Notes: generated from the sequence alone by a model not told the origin. Counted from the first letter of the stretch, positions 35,892-46,754 are shown. The stretch: DNA of 64,000 bases from an uncultured Clostridium sp. (GCA_964392455.1 CAYMPG010000001.1:8050-72049), one strand, 5' to 3'. Numbers and translations: made by a program.

Positions 35892-36845
35892 GTGAAGAAG
35901 TTCATCGCAATCCTTATGGTTCTGACCATGGCTCTGTCCTTTGCCGCATGCTCCGGCGCTGCTGGCGATGTACATCGCCTGGTAATGGTTACCGGCGGCG
36001 ACGCAGGCACCTACTATGCATTCGGCGGCGTTATCGCCAGCGTTATCACCGACAAGGCCGAAAACGTGGAAGTTACTGCTACCACCTCCGGCGCATCCGC
36101 TGCAAACGCCCGCTCACTCAACAACAATGAAGCAGACCTTGCGATCCTTCAGAACGATGTTCTCCAGTATGCCGTCACCGGCACCGAGACCATGGCTGAC
36201 GATGGCGCAATGGATAGCCTCCGTGCAATAGCTTCCCTCTATCCCGAAGCAGTTCAGCTCGTAGCCACCAAGTCCAGCGGCATCACCACAATTGCCGACC
36301 TTAAGGGCAAGAAGGTATGCGTGGGCGACCAGGGCTCCGGCTCCGAGGTAAACGCACAGCAGGTGCTTGCTGCTGCCGGCCTCAGCTATGATGACTTTGA
36401 AGTACAGTACCTCAGCTTCTCTGAGGCTTCCACCGCCATGCAGAACGGCACCGTGGATGCAGCCTTTGCTACCTCCGCCCTGCCCAACAGCGCTATCACC
36501 GAGCTTGCCAATTACACCGACATCGTGGTAGTGCCCATCGATGGCGAGATTGCCGATAACCTTATCGCCGAGTATCCCTTCTATGCAAAGACCACCATTG
36601 GTACGGATGTATATGGCGTAGAGGCTGCTGACAGCGTGGCCATGATGGCTGTACTGGCCTGCACCACTAATCTGGATGAGGACGTGGTTTACAATATCAC
36701 CAAGGCCCTCTTTGAAAACCAGGATGCCCTTATCGCCGGCCATGCCCGCGGCAACGATGTAACTCTTGACAGCGCATTCGATGGCGTTACCGTAGATTAT
36801 CATCCCGGCGCAGTGAAGTACTACACTGAAAAGGGCCTTATGTAA
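35892..36845 (+). CDS. TAXI-family TRAP transporter solute-binding lipoprotein
   Basis: GTG start after a GGAGGAAG RBS. Lipobox LSFAAC. Motifs GGDAGTYYAFGG and DYHPGAVKYY. Confidence 0.85.
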   Translation: MKKFIAILMVLTMALSFAACSGAAGDVHRLVMVTGGDAGTYYAFGGVIASVITDKAENVEVTATTSGASAANARSLNNNEADLAILQNDVLQYAVTGTETMADDGAMDSLRAIASLYPEAVQLVATKSSGITTIADLKGKKVCVGDQGSGSEVNAQQVLAAAGLSYDDFEVQYLSFSEASTAMQNGTVDAAFATSALPNSAITELANYTDIVVVPIDGEIADNLIAEYPFYAKTTIGTDVYGVEAADSVAMMAVLACTTNLDEDVVYNITKALFENQDALIAGHARGNDVTLDSAFDGVTVDYHPGAVKYYTEKGLM

Positions 36846-36861
36846 TCAGCATATCAGCTAA

Positions 36862-37407
36862 ATGACCCCGGTAAACAAAACCGAAAGAACAATGCGGGAG
36901 AGCAAGCTGCTGCTTGCTCTCCTGATAACAGTTATAGGGACGTTAATTTTCTTAACACCCACCTGCACCCGGCTGACCCTCAGGGGGTATGACAGCGGCA
37001 GGCTGATGATGGCCCTGCCAATAGAGCCGGGGGAGAGTTTTAAGCTTCGCTTTACCCATTCGGTAAACCTGTCCTACGTTACCGATGAAGTGGAATGGAC
37101 AGGGCAGCAGCTTATTACCCGTACCAGCCTTTTCACCTCCTTTGGCGCAGGCATGCCGGTAATTGCAGACGGCATAGGCACCGAAATGCACAATACCGAT
37201 GAGGGCTTTCTCATCACAGGTATAGACCAGGTGCAGGAGGAGGGCTTTATCCCCATTATGCTGCAGGCGGTGCCGGACCACCACCTGCTGTACAGAGGGC
37301 AGGAGATAAGCCTGAGAGACAGGGCCGAGGGAACGGCATTTGTAAAGCTCGGCGTGGAAAAGATAAGCATACTTTCTGCGCTTGGCCAACAATTATCCAG
37401 CAAGTAA
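36862..37407 (+). CDS. DUF1850 domain protein (TRAP-associated)
   Basis: Motif RFTHSVNLSYV. Conserved position between the TAXI SBP and the fused permease. Start uncertain (36862 or 36892). Confidence 0.65.
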   Translation: MTPVNKTERTMRESKLLLALLITVIGTLIFLTPTCTRLTLRGYDSGRLMMALPIEPGESFKLRFTHSVNLSYVTDEVEWTGQQLITRTSLFTSFGAGMPVIADGIGTEMHNTDEGFLITGIDQVQEEGFIPIMLQAVPDHHLLYRGQEISLRDRAEGTAFVKLGVEKISILSALGQQLSSK

Positions 37408-37426
37408 ATCTGACCGGAGATATATA

Positions 37427-39652
37427 ATGAGCATATTCAAGAAAAAAGAGAACCCTCCCAAGAAACACGAGATAAAGCTAAACGTGGATACCACCGGCAT
37501 GAGCGAGGAAGAAATCGCTGCGCTGGAGGCCGCCGCCGTGCTTGAGGAGTTCGACAGAGAGTCCTCCTTCCGCAACAGGCTCCCCAAGGGTATTACCATG
37601 ATGATATCCGCCATACTGATAGCCTTTGCGCTGTTTCAGCTTTATACCAGCATCTGGACGATTCCCGCCCAGATGCTCCGCTCCATACATCTTGCCTTTG
37701 CGCTGGCGCTGGTATTCCTGCTCTATCCCGCGGGCAAGCATATGCGTAAGGACAAGATAGAATGGTACGACTATGTGCTGGCCATACTTGCCGCCGCAGC
37801 CGTGCTGTATATCCCCTTCAATTATGAGTACATCATCAAGGCGGTAGGCAACTACACCACCTTCGACATAATAGTAGGCGCAGTGGGCATACTGCTGCTG
37901 ATGGAGGCCTGCCGCAGGGTAGTGGGCATGCCCATACTTATCATCGTATGCTGCTTCCTGCTGTATGCCCTTTTCGGCAACCTGATTCCCGGCTCCTTCG
38001 GCCACAGGGGTTACACCGTTCGCCAGGTGGTAAACCATATGTACTTTACCCTCAGCGGCGTCTTTGGCACCCCTCTGGGCGTATCCGCCACATTCATCTT
38101 CCTGTTTATACTCTTTGGCGCATTCCTTGAGAAGACCGGCGTAGGCAAGCTGTTTATAGACCTGGCAAACGCCATAGCCGGCAAGAGGATAGGCGGCCCT
38201 GCAAAGGTGGCTGTAATAGCCTCCGCCCTTGAGGGCACCGTATCCGGCTCCTCAGTTGCCAATACCGTGGGCTCCGGCTCATTTACCATTCCCGCAATGA
38301 AGAAGCTGGGCTACAAGGCAGAGTTTGCCGGCGCAGTTGAGGCGGCAGCCTCCACCGGCGGCCAGATAATGCCCCCCATCATGGGTGCCGCAGCTTTCCT
38401 CATGGCAGAGAGCACAGGCTTTGCCTATGCAGAGGTGGTAAAATCCGCCATAATCCCCGCCATACTTTACTTCTCCGGCATACTTATCAGCGTACACCAT
38501 GAGGCCCGCAAGACCGGCCTTAGGGGTATGTCCGATGAGGAAATACCAAAGGTTGGCGAGGTAATGAAAGAGCGTGGTCATCTGCTGCTGCCCCTTGCAT
38601 TCATGATTTACATGCTTTCCAGCCGCATCACTCCTGCCTATGCAGCACTGGGCGCCATACTTATTGCCATTATGGCCAGCAGCCTCAAGTGGCTGAGCGT
38701 GCTGCCCGTTGCAGTGATAGCTGTGGGCATGAATACCGATATGCACTTTACTACCTACTGCCTTATTGCCATAGCCGTGTGGTTGGTGCTTTGCATAGTG
38801 CGCTTCTTCGTGGTGCGGGCAAAGCTCAAGAAGGCAGGGGAAAGCAAGACCTTTTACGAGTATGTGGAGCTGTCACTGGGCATTGACCCTGCTGAGATAG
38901 TGGATGCCCTCATAAATGGCTCCAGGAGCGTGCTTACCGTGGTCATCGCCTGCGCTATGGCAGGCATGATAGTGGGTACCGTAACGCTGACCGGTCTCGG
39001 CCTCAAGTTTGCCACGGGCCTTGCAAGGATAGCCGGCAATAATATTTACCTGCTGCTGTTCTTCACCATGCTTGCCTCCATAGTGCTGGGCATGGGCGTG
39101 CCTACCACTGCAAACTACCTCATTACCTCCACCATATGCGCTCCCGCGATAATCAACGTGGTCTGCCAGATGCGTGGCGTACCGGTTACCGAGCCCACCA
39201 TGGCAATCATTATGAGCGCACACCTGTTTGTGTTCTACTTTGGCATTGTGGCGGATATTACCCCGCCTGTAGCCCTTGCGGCAATGGCCGGAGCAGCAAT
39301 AGCCAAGGGCGATCCTTTTAAAACGGGCGTAACGGCCACACGAATAGCCATTGGCGCTTTCATCGTGCCCTACATCTTTGTGCTGAATCCCGCCATGCTG
39401 ATGATCGATACCACAATCGTGGAAATCATACAAAATGTGATTACGGCTCTGCTGGGAATGTATGCACTGTCCGGTGGCCTTACGGGCTTTGTGCAGGATC
39501 ATTGCAAGTGGTATGAGCGGCTGCTGCTCATTGGCGGCGGCATGGGCATGATAATCCCCGGCACAGTATCCGATATTATCGGCTTCGTAATCGTAGCCGC
39601 CATCTTCGTGGTACAGAAGCGCAGGTACAATGCAGCCAATGCAATAGCCTGA
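37427..39652 (+). CDS. TRAP transporter fused permease (4TM/12TM)
   Basis: Start at ATG 37427 (GGAGA RBS). 741 aa, highly hydrophobic, typical of TAXI-TRAP fused DctQM-like proteins. Confidence 0.9.
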   Translation: MSIFKKKENPPKKHEIKLNVDTTGMSEEEIAALEAAAVLEEFDRESSFRNRLPKGITMMISAILIAFALFQLYTSIWTIPAQMLRSIHLAFALALVFLLYPAGKHMRKDKIEWYDYVLAILAAAAVLYIPFNYEYIIKAVGNYTTFDIIVGAVGILLLMEACRRVVGMPILIIVCCFLLYALFGNLIPGSFGHRGYTVRQVVNHMYFTLSGVFGTPLGVSATFIFLFILFGAFLEKTGVGKLFIDLANAIAGKRIGGPAKVAVIASALEGTVSGSSVANTVGSGSFTIPAMKKLGYKAEFAGAVEAAASTGGQIMPPIMGAAAFLMAESTGFAYAEVVKSAIIPAILYFSGILISVHHEARKTGLRGMSDEEIPKVGEVMKERGHLLLPLAFMIYMLSSRITPAYAALGAILIAIMASSLKWLSVLPVAVIAVGMNTDMHFTTYCLIAIAVWLVLCIVRFFVVRAKLKKAGESKTFYEYVELSLGIDPAEIVDALINGSRSVLTVVIACAMAGMIVGTVTLTGLGLKFATGLARIAGNNIYLLLFFTMLASIVLGMGVPTTANYLITSTICAPAIINVVCQMRGVPVTEPTMAIIMSAHLFVFYFGIVADITPPVALAAMAGAAIAKGDPFKTGVTATRIAIGAFIVPYIFVLNPAMLMIDTTIVEIIQNVITALLGMYALSGGLTGFVQDHCKWYERLLLIGGGMGMIIPGTVSDIIGFVIVAAIFVVQKRRYNAANAIA

Positions 39653-39677
39653 TAGAGCAAAAACTCATAAAAACCAT

Positions 39678-39715
39678 ATCCTCCGAAATTTTCCGAAATT
39701 TCGGAGGATTTTTTT
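39678..39715 (+). terminator. Intrinsic terminator after the TRAP operon
   Basis: ATCCTCCGAAATT-TTCCGA-AATTTCGGAGGAT followed by TTTTTT. Confidence 0.85.
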
Positions 39716-39804
39716 AGGAATAAGCCGCATTTACGTTTGCCTTTCCATGATAGATAATGTATAATAAATTGGATTATGTTGAAATGAAAAAAAGGAGCAT
39801 GAAT

Positions 39805-41901
39805 ATGCAGGGAAAAGTTTATTCAATGGAGCTGGCAGGCAAGACCCTGACCATCGAAACCGGCAAATACTGTGAGCAGGCAGGCGGAAGCGCATTTGTG
39901 CGTATGGGCGACACCGTTGTTATGGTCAATGCGACTGTGGCAAAGGCACCCCGTGACGGCGTGGATTTCCTCCCCCTGTCCATCGAGTTCGAAGAAAAGA
40001 TGTACGCCGTGGGTAAGATACCCGGCGGCTATATAAAGCGTGAGGGCCGTCCTTCCGAGAAGGCCATACTGTCCTGCCGCCTTATCGACCGTCCCCTCCG
40101 TCCCCTCTTCCCCAAGGGCTTTTACAATGACATTCAGGTCATCGCCACCGTACTTTCCAGCGAGCCTGATGTGCAGCCTGAGATACTGGGCATGGTAGGT
40201 GCATCTGCAGCCCTGGCCATGAGCGAGGCTCCCTTTATGGGCCCCATCGGCGCAGTTGCAGTGGGCATGGTAGACGGCAAGTATATCATCAACCCCGACC
40301 AGCAGCAGCGTGCCAACAGCCGCCTGAATCTGACCGTGGCCGGCACCAAGGATGCCGTGATGATGGTTGAGGCCGGCGCAAACGAGCTGACCGAAAAGGA
40401 AATGCTGGATGCCATACTGATGGCCCACGAAGAAATCAAAAAGATAGTTGCCTTCATCGAAAACATCGCTGCCGAGTGCGGCAAGCCCAAGATGGAGGTA
40501 AACATCTACAAGCCCGATGAGGAATTCACCGAGAAGGTTCGTGAATATGCCCGTGAGAAGGTGGAATGGCAGCTCGATACCTTTGAGCGCAAGGTGCGTG
40601 AGGAGCGCAGCGAGCAGGTAAAGGAAGAAGTCATCCAGCACTTTGCCGAGGAATATCCCGAATCTGCAGCCGATATAGACATGATACTTTACAACCTGAC
40701 CAAGGAAATCGTCAGGGATAAGATAATCAACCGCAAGATTCGCCCTGATGGACGTGCTCAGGATGAAATTCGCCCCATCTGGAGCGAGGTGGGTGTGCTG
40801 CCCAGAGTACACGGCAGCGGCGTATTCACCCGCGGGCAGACCCAGGTAATGACCATCGCCACCCTTGCTCCCCTTTCTGAGGGACAGGACCTTGATGGTA
40901 TCGACGAGGTCACCTTCAAGCGGTACATGCATCAGTACAATATGCCTCCCTACAGCGTAGGCGAAGTACGCAGGGTAGGCAGCCCCGGCCGCAGAGAAAT
41001 AGGCCACGGCGCCCTTGCAGAGCGCGCCCTGCTGCCCATGCTTCCCGATGAGAGCGAGTTCCCCTACGCAATGCGTCTGGTATCCGAGGTGGTAAGCTCC
41101 AATGGCTCTACCTCCCAGGCCTCCATCTGCGCCAGCACTCTGGCCCTTATGGATGCAGGCGTGCCCATTAAGAAGCCTGTTGCAGGCGTGGCCATGGGCC
41201 TTATAAAGGACGATACCACCGGCAATATCGCCGTTCTTACCGACATACAGGGCCTTGAGGACTTCCTGGGCGACATGGACTTTAAGGTTGCCGGCACCAG
41301 GGAAGGCATCACTGCCATCCAGATGGATATAAAGATTAAGGGCATCAATGAAGAAATCCTTACCCGTGCCCTTGAGCAGGCCAGAAAGGGCCGCCTGTTC
41401 ATACTGGACAAGATGGCTGAAACGATTGCGGCTCCCCGTGAGGAAATGTCCCCCTACGCTCCCCGCATCATGCAGTTCAGCATCCATCCCGATAAGATTC
41501 GTGAGGTCATCGGCTCCGGCGGAAAGACCATCAACGGCATCATCGCCGCTACCGGCGTTAAGATCGACCTGGAGGATGATGGCCGGGTATTTATCGCTTC
41601 TCCCGATGCAGAGGCCGCTGCCGCTGCAAAGCGCATGATAGACGATATATGCCGTGACATCGAGGTGGGCGGCGTATTCCTGGGCAAGGTAGTAAACATA
41701 CTGCCCATCGGTGCTCAGGTAGAGCTTAAGCCCGGTAAGAAGGGCCTTGTACACATCAGCCGCCTTGCAAATTACAGGGTGGAAAAGGTGGAGGACGAGG
41801 TGCAGATAGGCGATGAGATACTCGTTCGCGTTATCGCCATCAAGCCTGACGGCAAGATCGACCTGACCCGCAAGGAACTGCTTCCCGACGCAAAGAAATA
41901 A
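39805..41901 (+). CDS. pnp: Polyribonucleotide nucleotidyltransferase (PNPase)
   Basis: Start at ATG 39805 (AAGGAG RBS). Two RNase PH domains, then a KH domain (GSGGKTI) and an S1 domain. Confidence 0.95.
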   Translation: MQGKVYSMELAGKTLTIETGKYCEQAGGSAFVRMGDTVVMVNATVAKAPRDGVDFLPLSIEFEEKMYAVGKIPGGYIKREGRPSEKAILSCRLIDRPLRPLFPKGFYNDIQVIATVLSSEPDVQPEILGMVGASAALAMSEAPFMGPIGAVAVGMVDGKYIINPDQQQRANSRLNLTVAGTKDAVMMVEAGANELTEKEMLDAILMAHEEIKKIVAFIENIAAECGKPKMEVNIYKPDEEFTEKVREYAREKVEWQLDTFERKVREERSEQVKEEVIQHFAEEYPESAADIDMILYNLTKEIVRDKIINRKIRPDGRAQDEIRPIWSEVGVLPRVHGSGVFTRGQTQVMTIATLAPLSEGQDLDGIDEVTFKRYMHQYNMPPYSVGEVRRVGSPGRREIGHGALAERALLPMLPDESEFPYAMRLVSEVVSSNGSTSQASICASTLALMDAGVPIKKPVAGVAMGLIKDDTTGNIAVLTDIQGLEDFLGDMDFKVAGTREGITAIQMDIKIKGINEEILTRALEQARKGRLFILDKMAETIAAPREEMSPYAPRIMQFSIHPDKIREVIGSGGKTINGIIAATGVKIDLEDDGRVFIASPDAEAAAAAKRMIDDICRDIEVGGVFLGKVVNILPIGAQVELKPGKKGLVHISRLANYRVEKVEDEVQIGDEILVRVIAIKPDGKIDLTRKELLPDAKK

Positions 41902-41920
41902 ACAACATACCCAATCAGCA

Positions 41921-41948
41921 GCGGGCGGATAGACCATTATCCGCCCGC
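41921..41948 (+). terminator. Terminator after pnp
   Basis: GCGGGCGGATA-GACCAT-TATCCGCCCGC, with a T-rich stretch shortly after. Confidence 0.65.
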
Positions 41949-42018
41949 AAGTGATTTTTGCCGTGGCATTTTTGTATACAGGCCCTCATATGCTGTAACA
42001 GTAAGGGGGTGTATACAT

Positions 42019-42711
42019 ATGAGAAAAAGAAGCTGCCTTGGGAGCATATTTACAAATATTTTCCTTGCGGCGCTGATAATTGGGCTGTATCATGCTACTC
42101 AGCCGGATACTGGCATAGTGCCGGCGGCGGCTGTTGTACACAGGGGCAGCGGAGATGGGGCCGCCCTGCAGTTTGCTGTAAGCTGGAATGCGAAGGCCCT
42201 GTCTGATATAATGGATACGCTGGAGGAGGCGCAGGTGAGCGCCACCTTTGCAGTAAGCGGCGAATGGGCACAGCAAAATCACGATATGCTTACAAGAATG
42301 GCCGATAATGGCCATGAAATAGCCACAATGGGATACTATCCTGAAATGGATGGCAGCAGGGCCTGGGTGGTGGACGACCTTGAGCGAGCGCTGGATGCCA
42401 CAGAGGCCGCCTGCGGGCAGAGGCCCACCCTTTATTATATAGGCAGCCGCAGCACGTCGGCATCCGGGGCGGCGGCAAGAAAGCTGGGGCTCACTCAGCT
42501 ATCCTGTACTATAGATTTGCTTACCGCAAGGGGAGACGGCGAGGATATACTCTCCCGCATACCTCAGCAGCCCATAGAGGGCAGCATAATTCTTTTGCAG
42601 CCCACGGCTGCATGCGCCGAGGCTTTGCCGGGAATACTTGCGGCATTAGATGAGAAAGGATTAAAGGCCACCTGCACAGGCGATGTGCTGGGCCTGAAAG
42701 AGCAGCATTGA
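42019..42711 (+). CDS. Polysaccharide deacetylase family protein (YlxY-like, sporulation-associated position)
   Basis: N-terminal TM. NodB-like segment ATFAVSGEWA...NGHEIATMGY. Same position downstream of pnp as B. subtilis ylxY. Confidence 0.7.
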   Translation: MRKRSCLGSIFTNIFLAALIIGLYHATQPDTGIVPAAAVVHRGSGDGAALQFAVSWNAKALSDIMDTLEEAQVSATFAVSGEWAQQNHDMLTRMADNGHEIATMGYYPEMDGSRAWVVDDLERALDATEAACGQRPTLYYIGSRSTSASGAAARKLGLTQLSCTIDLLTARGDGEDILSRIPQQPIEGSIILLQPTAACAEALPGILAALDEKGLKATCTGDVLGLKEQH

Positions 42712-43970
42712 TAATACGAGAAACACTTCCAAACGGAATAAGGCTGGTAGCCCAGCAGATGAGCTCCTTCCGCTCTGTATCCATGGGACTGTGGGCCGGA
42801 GCGGGCTCTGTATATGAACAGGGCAGGGAGGCAGGAATATCTCACTTTATAGAGCACATGGTGTTTAAGGGCACCGAGAGCCGTACTGCGGCGGATATTG
42901 CCGCAGAGATGGATGGCGTGGGCGGCAGCCTGAATGCGTATACCGCCAAGGAATGTACCTGCTTTTATGCAAAGGTGCTGGGCGAAAATATGGACCTTGC
43001 AGCGGGTATACTGAGCGATATGATATGCTCCCCCAGGCTGGATGATGAGGATATGAGCCGGGAAAAGGGCGTGGTATGCGAGGAGATACTCATGCTGGAG
43101 GATGATCCGGAGGATCTTGCCCACGAGCAGCTCTGCCGCACCATATACGGGGATACGCCCCTGTCAAGCCCGATACTAGGCACTCAGGATACGGTAAAGG
43201 CCTTCACCCGGGAGGACATTACCGGCTATATGGACAAGCTTTATATCCCATCAAACATGGTAGTATCCTGCGCCGGCAATTTTGATATGGACAGGCTGAG
43301 GGCCGTCCTTTCAGAAAGCTTCACCCGCACAGGCTCAGGAGAGAAGCCTGCCATGCCCCGGAGCGCCCTTATACAGGGCCGCAGCTTCTGCCCGGTGGAA
43401 AAGGATATAGAGCAGATGCACATATGCCTCGGCTTCAGAGGCTGCGGCGCAGATGACAGCGGGCGCTTTCCCATGCTGGTGCTGAATAATGCCCTGGGCG
43501 GCAGTATGAGCTCAAGGCTTTTCCAGAAGATAAGGGAAGAATACGGCATGGCATATTCGGTGTATTCCTATCCCACGAGCTATGCTGATACCGGCTACTT
43601 TACCCTGTATGCAGGCACCGGTGAAAAGCAGGCCGCAAAGGTAATGGAGCTGATGCTCAAGGAAATGGAAAGCATACGCAGCCAGGGCATTACCAAAGAG
43701 GAATTTGCCCGCAGCAAGCAGCAGCTCAAGGGCAGCTATATACTTGGCCTGGAAAGCACATCCGCCCGCAGCAGCTCAATAGGTAAGGGCGAGCTGATGC
43801 TGGGCAAGGTGGATACTGATGAGGAGCTGATCAGCCGCATTGAGGCTGTGACCATGGATGACGTTATGGAGCTTATTCCAAGGGTGACAGATACCTCATG
43901 CATGGCGTGCAGCGCAGTGGGCCGCAGCAAAAATATGAGCAGTCTGCAAAGGATATTTGAGCAGGCATAG
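42708..43970 (+). CDS. M16-family zinc peptidase (MlpA/YmxG-like)
   Basis: HFIEHMVFKGT (HxxEH) motif. TTG start overlaps the upstream stop by 4 nt. Confidence 0.85.
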   Translation: MIIRETLPNGIRLVAQQMSSFRSVSMGLWAGAGSVYEQGREAGISHFIEHMVFKGTESRTAADIAAEMDGVGGSLNAYTAKECTCFYAKVLGENMDLAAGILSDMICSPRLDDEDMSREKGVVCEEILMLEDDPEDLAHEQLCRTIYGDTPLSSPILGTQDTVKAFTREDITGYMDKLYIPSNMVVSCAGNFDMDRLRAVLSESFTRTGSGEKPAMPRSALIQGRSFCPVEKDIEQMHICLGFRGCGADDSGRFPMLVLNNALGGSMSSRLFQKIREEYGMAYSVYSYPTSYADTGYFTLYAGTGEKQAAKVMELMLKEMESIRSQGITKEEFARSKQQLKGSYILGLESTSARSSSIGKGELMLGKVDTDEELISRIEAVTMDDVMELIPRVTDTSCMACSAVGRSKNMSSLQRIFEQA

Positions 43971-43985
43971 CACAGAGGAGCGTAA

Positions 43986-45140
43986 ATGGCAAGAACCAGA
44001 CGAGTAAGGGTAAGCGGAAGATTTTACATAATGCTGCTGGGGCTGGCGATACTTATAGGCGTGGTGGCGCTGATATTGCCGGGCGGCGGAGGCGGCACCC
44101 TTAGGAGCAGAACCATGGAGGCAGTATTTGATGCTGACGTGGCTGTGATAAGGGAGGAAAGCTGCATCCCCATAGAGCAGTTTGACATGGTGGATTACCT
44201 TGTGAATGAAGGAGCTGCGGTAAATGCGGAAATGCCTGTGGCAACGGTATATAAGTGGGGCTATACAGATGAGATGGCCCAGTCCCTCGTTACCATACAG
44301 CAGAAGATATACGAAAAGCAGCTCAGCATACTGGATGGAATAGAGTCCACGGAGCTTGCCTCCATAAATGCCCAGATATCAGAGCTTCGCAGCACCATAA
44401 AGGACTGCGTAAACGGCGCTAACGATAATGACCTGCTTTCGCTCGAAAGGGATATGGAGGCGCTGCTGTCACAGCGGGCTACCATACTAAAAAACTTCGT
44501 TCAGCCGGATGTTGACCTGAATTCCCTCTATACCGAGGAAAGCACAAAGCTCACCCAGCTCGCCGAATACACCAGCACCGTCAGCGCCAAGATGACAGGC
44601 GTGGTAAGCTTTTACTTTGATGGCTTTGAGCAGATACTTACCGCAGAAAAGCTGGATATGGTAAATGCGGACGTGCTAAAAATGGTATTCAGCGGGGAGA
44701 CCGGAGCCACCGCCTCCAGCGGCAATATGCTCTACAGGCTGGTAAACCCAAACAAATGGTATGTGGCTTTTCTTACTCCTGCCGGTGAGGGGCTCAGGCT
44801 CCTTGAGGGGCAGAGCTATCACGTTACCTTTGACGGCATACATGGAAAGACCAGCGTAGGCACTGCGCTGTCACCCGTTGCGTATGATGGGGGCGTGGTG
44901 AACATATTGCAGTTTGATGAGGAGATAGGAGACCTTCTCAGTGTACGCACAGTTAAGGCGAACATTTCGGCCACTATGACCGGCTATGAGGTATCCAGGG
45001 ATGCGGTAAAGGTGAAAAACGGCATAAGCACCCTTTCAACATCAGTCGGGGATACCCAGGTGAATGTGGTGGCGGCAGAGGAGGATACTCTGCTTATCAC
45101 CGGCGCCGGGTTGCAGGATGGCATGAGATACAGCAAATAG
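43986..45140 (+). CDS. Membrane-anchored HlyD/membrane-fusion-like protein (hypothetical)
   Basis: N-terminal TM, a central coiled-coil and a beta-rich C-terminal half. Confidence 0.45.
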   Translation: MARTRRVRVSGRFYIMLLGLAILIGVVALILPGGGGGTLRSRTMEAVFDADVAVIREESCIPIEQFDMVDYLVNEGAAVNAEMPVATVYKWGYTDEMAQSLVTIQQKIYEKQLSILDGIESTELASINAQISELRSTIKDCVNGANDNDLLSLERDMEALLSQRATILKNFVQPDVDLNSLYTEESTKLTQLAEYTSTVSAKMTGVVSFYFDGFEQILTAEKLDMVNADVLKMVFSGETGATASSGNMLYRLVNPNKWYVAFLTPAGEGLRLLEGQSYHVTFDGIHGKTSVGTALSPVAYDGGVVNILQFDEEIGDLLSVRTVKANISATMTGYEVSRDAVKVKNGISTLSTSVGDTQVNVVAAEEDTLLITGAGLQDGMRYSK

Positions 45141-45176
45141 CGGTGTTTTGCAAAAAACACCGGGAAGGAGAACGGT

Positions 45177-45881
45177 ATGAGCATAGCTGATAACTATATC
45201 CGCATAAAGGAGAACATAGCTTCAGCCTGTGCATTGGCAGGGCGCAGGCCGGAGGAGGTAAGGCTTATTGCCGTTACAAAATACGTGGATATCGGGCGCA
45301 TCGGGGAGGCCGTGGCTGCCGGGGCAAGGAGCGTAGGCGAAAACCGGGTGCAGGAATACCGGGAAAAGCAGGCTTTTTTCAATGATAACGGGCTGGATGT
45401 TCATTTGATTGGACAATTGCAGACAAATAAGGTAAAATACCTGGTAGGAAATGGCGTGCTCATTCAGTCTCTGGACAGGATGGAGCTTGCCGGGGAGATA
45501 AGCCGTGTAGCATCCAACAGGGGAGTGATACAGGATACCCTTGTGGAGGTGAATATAGGCGATGAGGCCCAAAAGGGCGGCATCAGAGTAGATGAGCTTA
45601 TCCCGTTTATAGAGGTAGTTTCCGCTATGCCTGGCATACGCATAAAGGGGCTCATGTGTGTTCCTCCGGCTGTGGGAGAGGATGGAGCACGGAGCTACTT
45701 TGCGGCAATGAGACGGCTTTTTGAGGATATTCGCAGCAGGAATATACCTAATGTGGATATGCTGGAGCTGTCCATGGGCATGAGCGGGGATTATAAAGCT
45801 GCAGTGCTGGAGGGCGCAACGATGGTACGGGTGGGAACGGCCATATTCGGGGCACGTCCGGCGGCAGGAGCGGGAGCGTAG
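45177..45881 (+). CDS. yggS: YggS/YlmE-family PLP-binding protein
   Basis: Motifs LIAVTKY, GENRVQE, HLIGQLQTNK and MGMSGD. Confidence 0.9.
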   Translation: MSIADNYIRIKENIASACALAGRRPEEVRLIAVTKYVDIGRIGEAVAAGARSVGENRVQEYREKQAFFNDNGLDVHLIGQLQTNKVKYLVGNGVLIQSLDRMELAGEISRVASNRGVIQDTLVEVNIGDEAQKGGIRVDELIPFIEVVSAMPGIRIKGLMCVPPAVGEDGARSYFAAMRRLFEDIRSRNIPNVDMLELSMGMSGDYKAAVLEGATMVRVGTAIFGARPAAGAGA

Positions 45882-45969
45882 AGAGAGACAGAGCCCGCTT
45901 TAATAATAAGTTTTTCTCCAAGCGCCAATTAAAAACCAAACTTTTTAATTGAAACGGAGGAAACGAACA

Positions 45970-46428
45970 ATGGCAAGATTGCTCAATAAGCTAATGGATT
46001 TCATCGGCATAGAAGATGCTGAAATGGACGACATCTACGAGGATGAGTACTTTGCAGATGATCGCACCGTAGCCGAGGATAATGTACTTAACCTTGGCAA
46101 TCGCGGCAGGAAAAAGACTGCTGCAGCAGGCAGCAGCAACGTGGTCAGCCTTCCCACGGCGGCCCCAATGAAGATGATGGTCTATCGTCCTGTAAGCTAT
46201 GAGGATACTCAGAACATCATCGATAATCTTAAGAGCCGCAAGCCCGTAATCGTAAACATGGAGGAGCTGGAAATCGACTGCGCTCAGCGTATACTCGACT
46301 TCATGGCCGGTGCGATTTACGCTCTGGACGGCACTATCTACAAAATTTCCCGCGGTATCTTTGTCGTAGCTCCCACCAACTATGACGTTATCGGCAACGA
46401 TGGCTATACCGATGTTGACGTAATCTAG
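45970..46428 (+). CDS. sepF: Cell division protein SepF
   Basis: Start at ATG 45970 (GGAGGA RBS). C-terminal SepF domain present (VYRPVSYEDTQNIIDNLKSRKPVIVNMEEL...FVVAP). Confidence 0.85.
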   Translation: MARLLNKLMDFIGIEDAEMDDIYEDEYFADDRTVAEDNVLNLGNRGRKKTAAAGSSNVVSLPTAAPMKMMVYRPVSYEDTQNIIDNLKSRKPVIVNMEELEIDCAQRILDFMAGAIYALDGTIYKISRGIFVVAPTNYDVIGNDGYTDVDVI

Positions 46429-46502
46429 ATACATCCGCAGCGGAGCATGGTGCGGGGCATACTGCCCCGCACAAATTCAATATCAACGGAGTAGAGCATA
46501 CT

Positions 46503-46709
46503 ATGACGATAAAGGATATAGCAAGCCGCAGGTTCAGCAGGGCCATCATGGGATATGACATCCGTGAGGTGGATGAATTTCTGGACGAGATAGCCAAGGA
46601 CCTTGAGCGCAGAGAGCAGGAGGTAAAAATGCTGCAGCTACGCAATGAGCTGCTCATAGAGCGGCTGGCGGCAAGCGGCATATCCCTTTCTTCTGATAAG
46701 GCAGAATAG
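46503..46709 (+). CDS. Short DivIVA-domain protein (68 aa)
   Basis: N-terminal DivIVA motif FSRAIMGYDIREVDEFLDEI followed by a short coiled-coil. Confidence 0.7.
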   Translation: MTIKDIASRRFSRAIMGYDIREVDEFLDEIAKDLERREQEVKMLQLRNELLIERLAASGISLSSDKAE

Positions 46710-46727
46710 CATAATAAAGCCCAAAGC

Positions 46728-46754
46728 AGGGCCGGGAGGTATCCCGGCCCTTTT
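46728..46754 (+). terminator. Terminator after the DivIVA-domain gene
   Basis: AGGGCCGGGA-GGTA-TCCCGGCCCT followed by TTT. Confidence 0.65.

Noticed and set aside
39823-41937. A 704-aa ORF on the minus strand covering the whole of pnp
   Set aside because: It is fully antisense to an unambiguous PNPase gene. The sequence is low-complexity and Gly/Ala/Leu/His-rich with no motifs. This is the typical stop-codon-free shadow frame of a GC3-biased gene.
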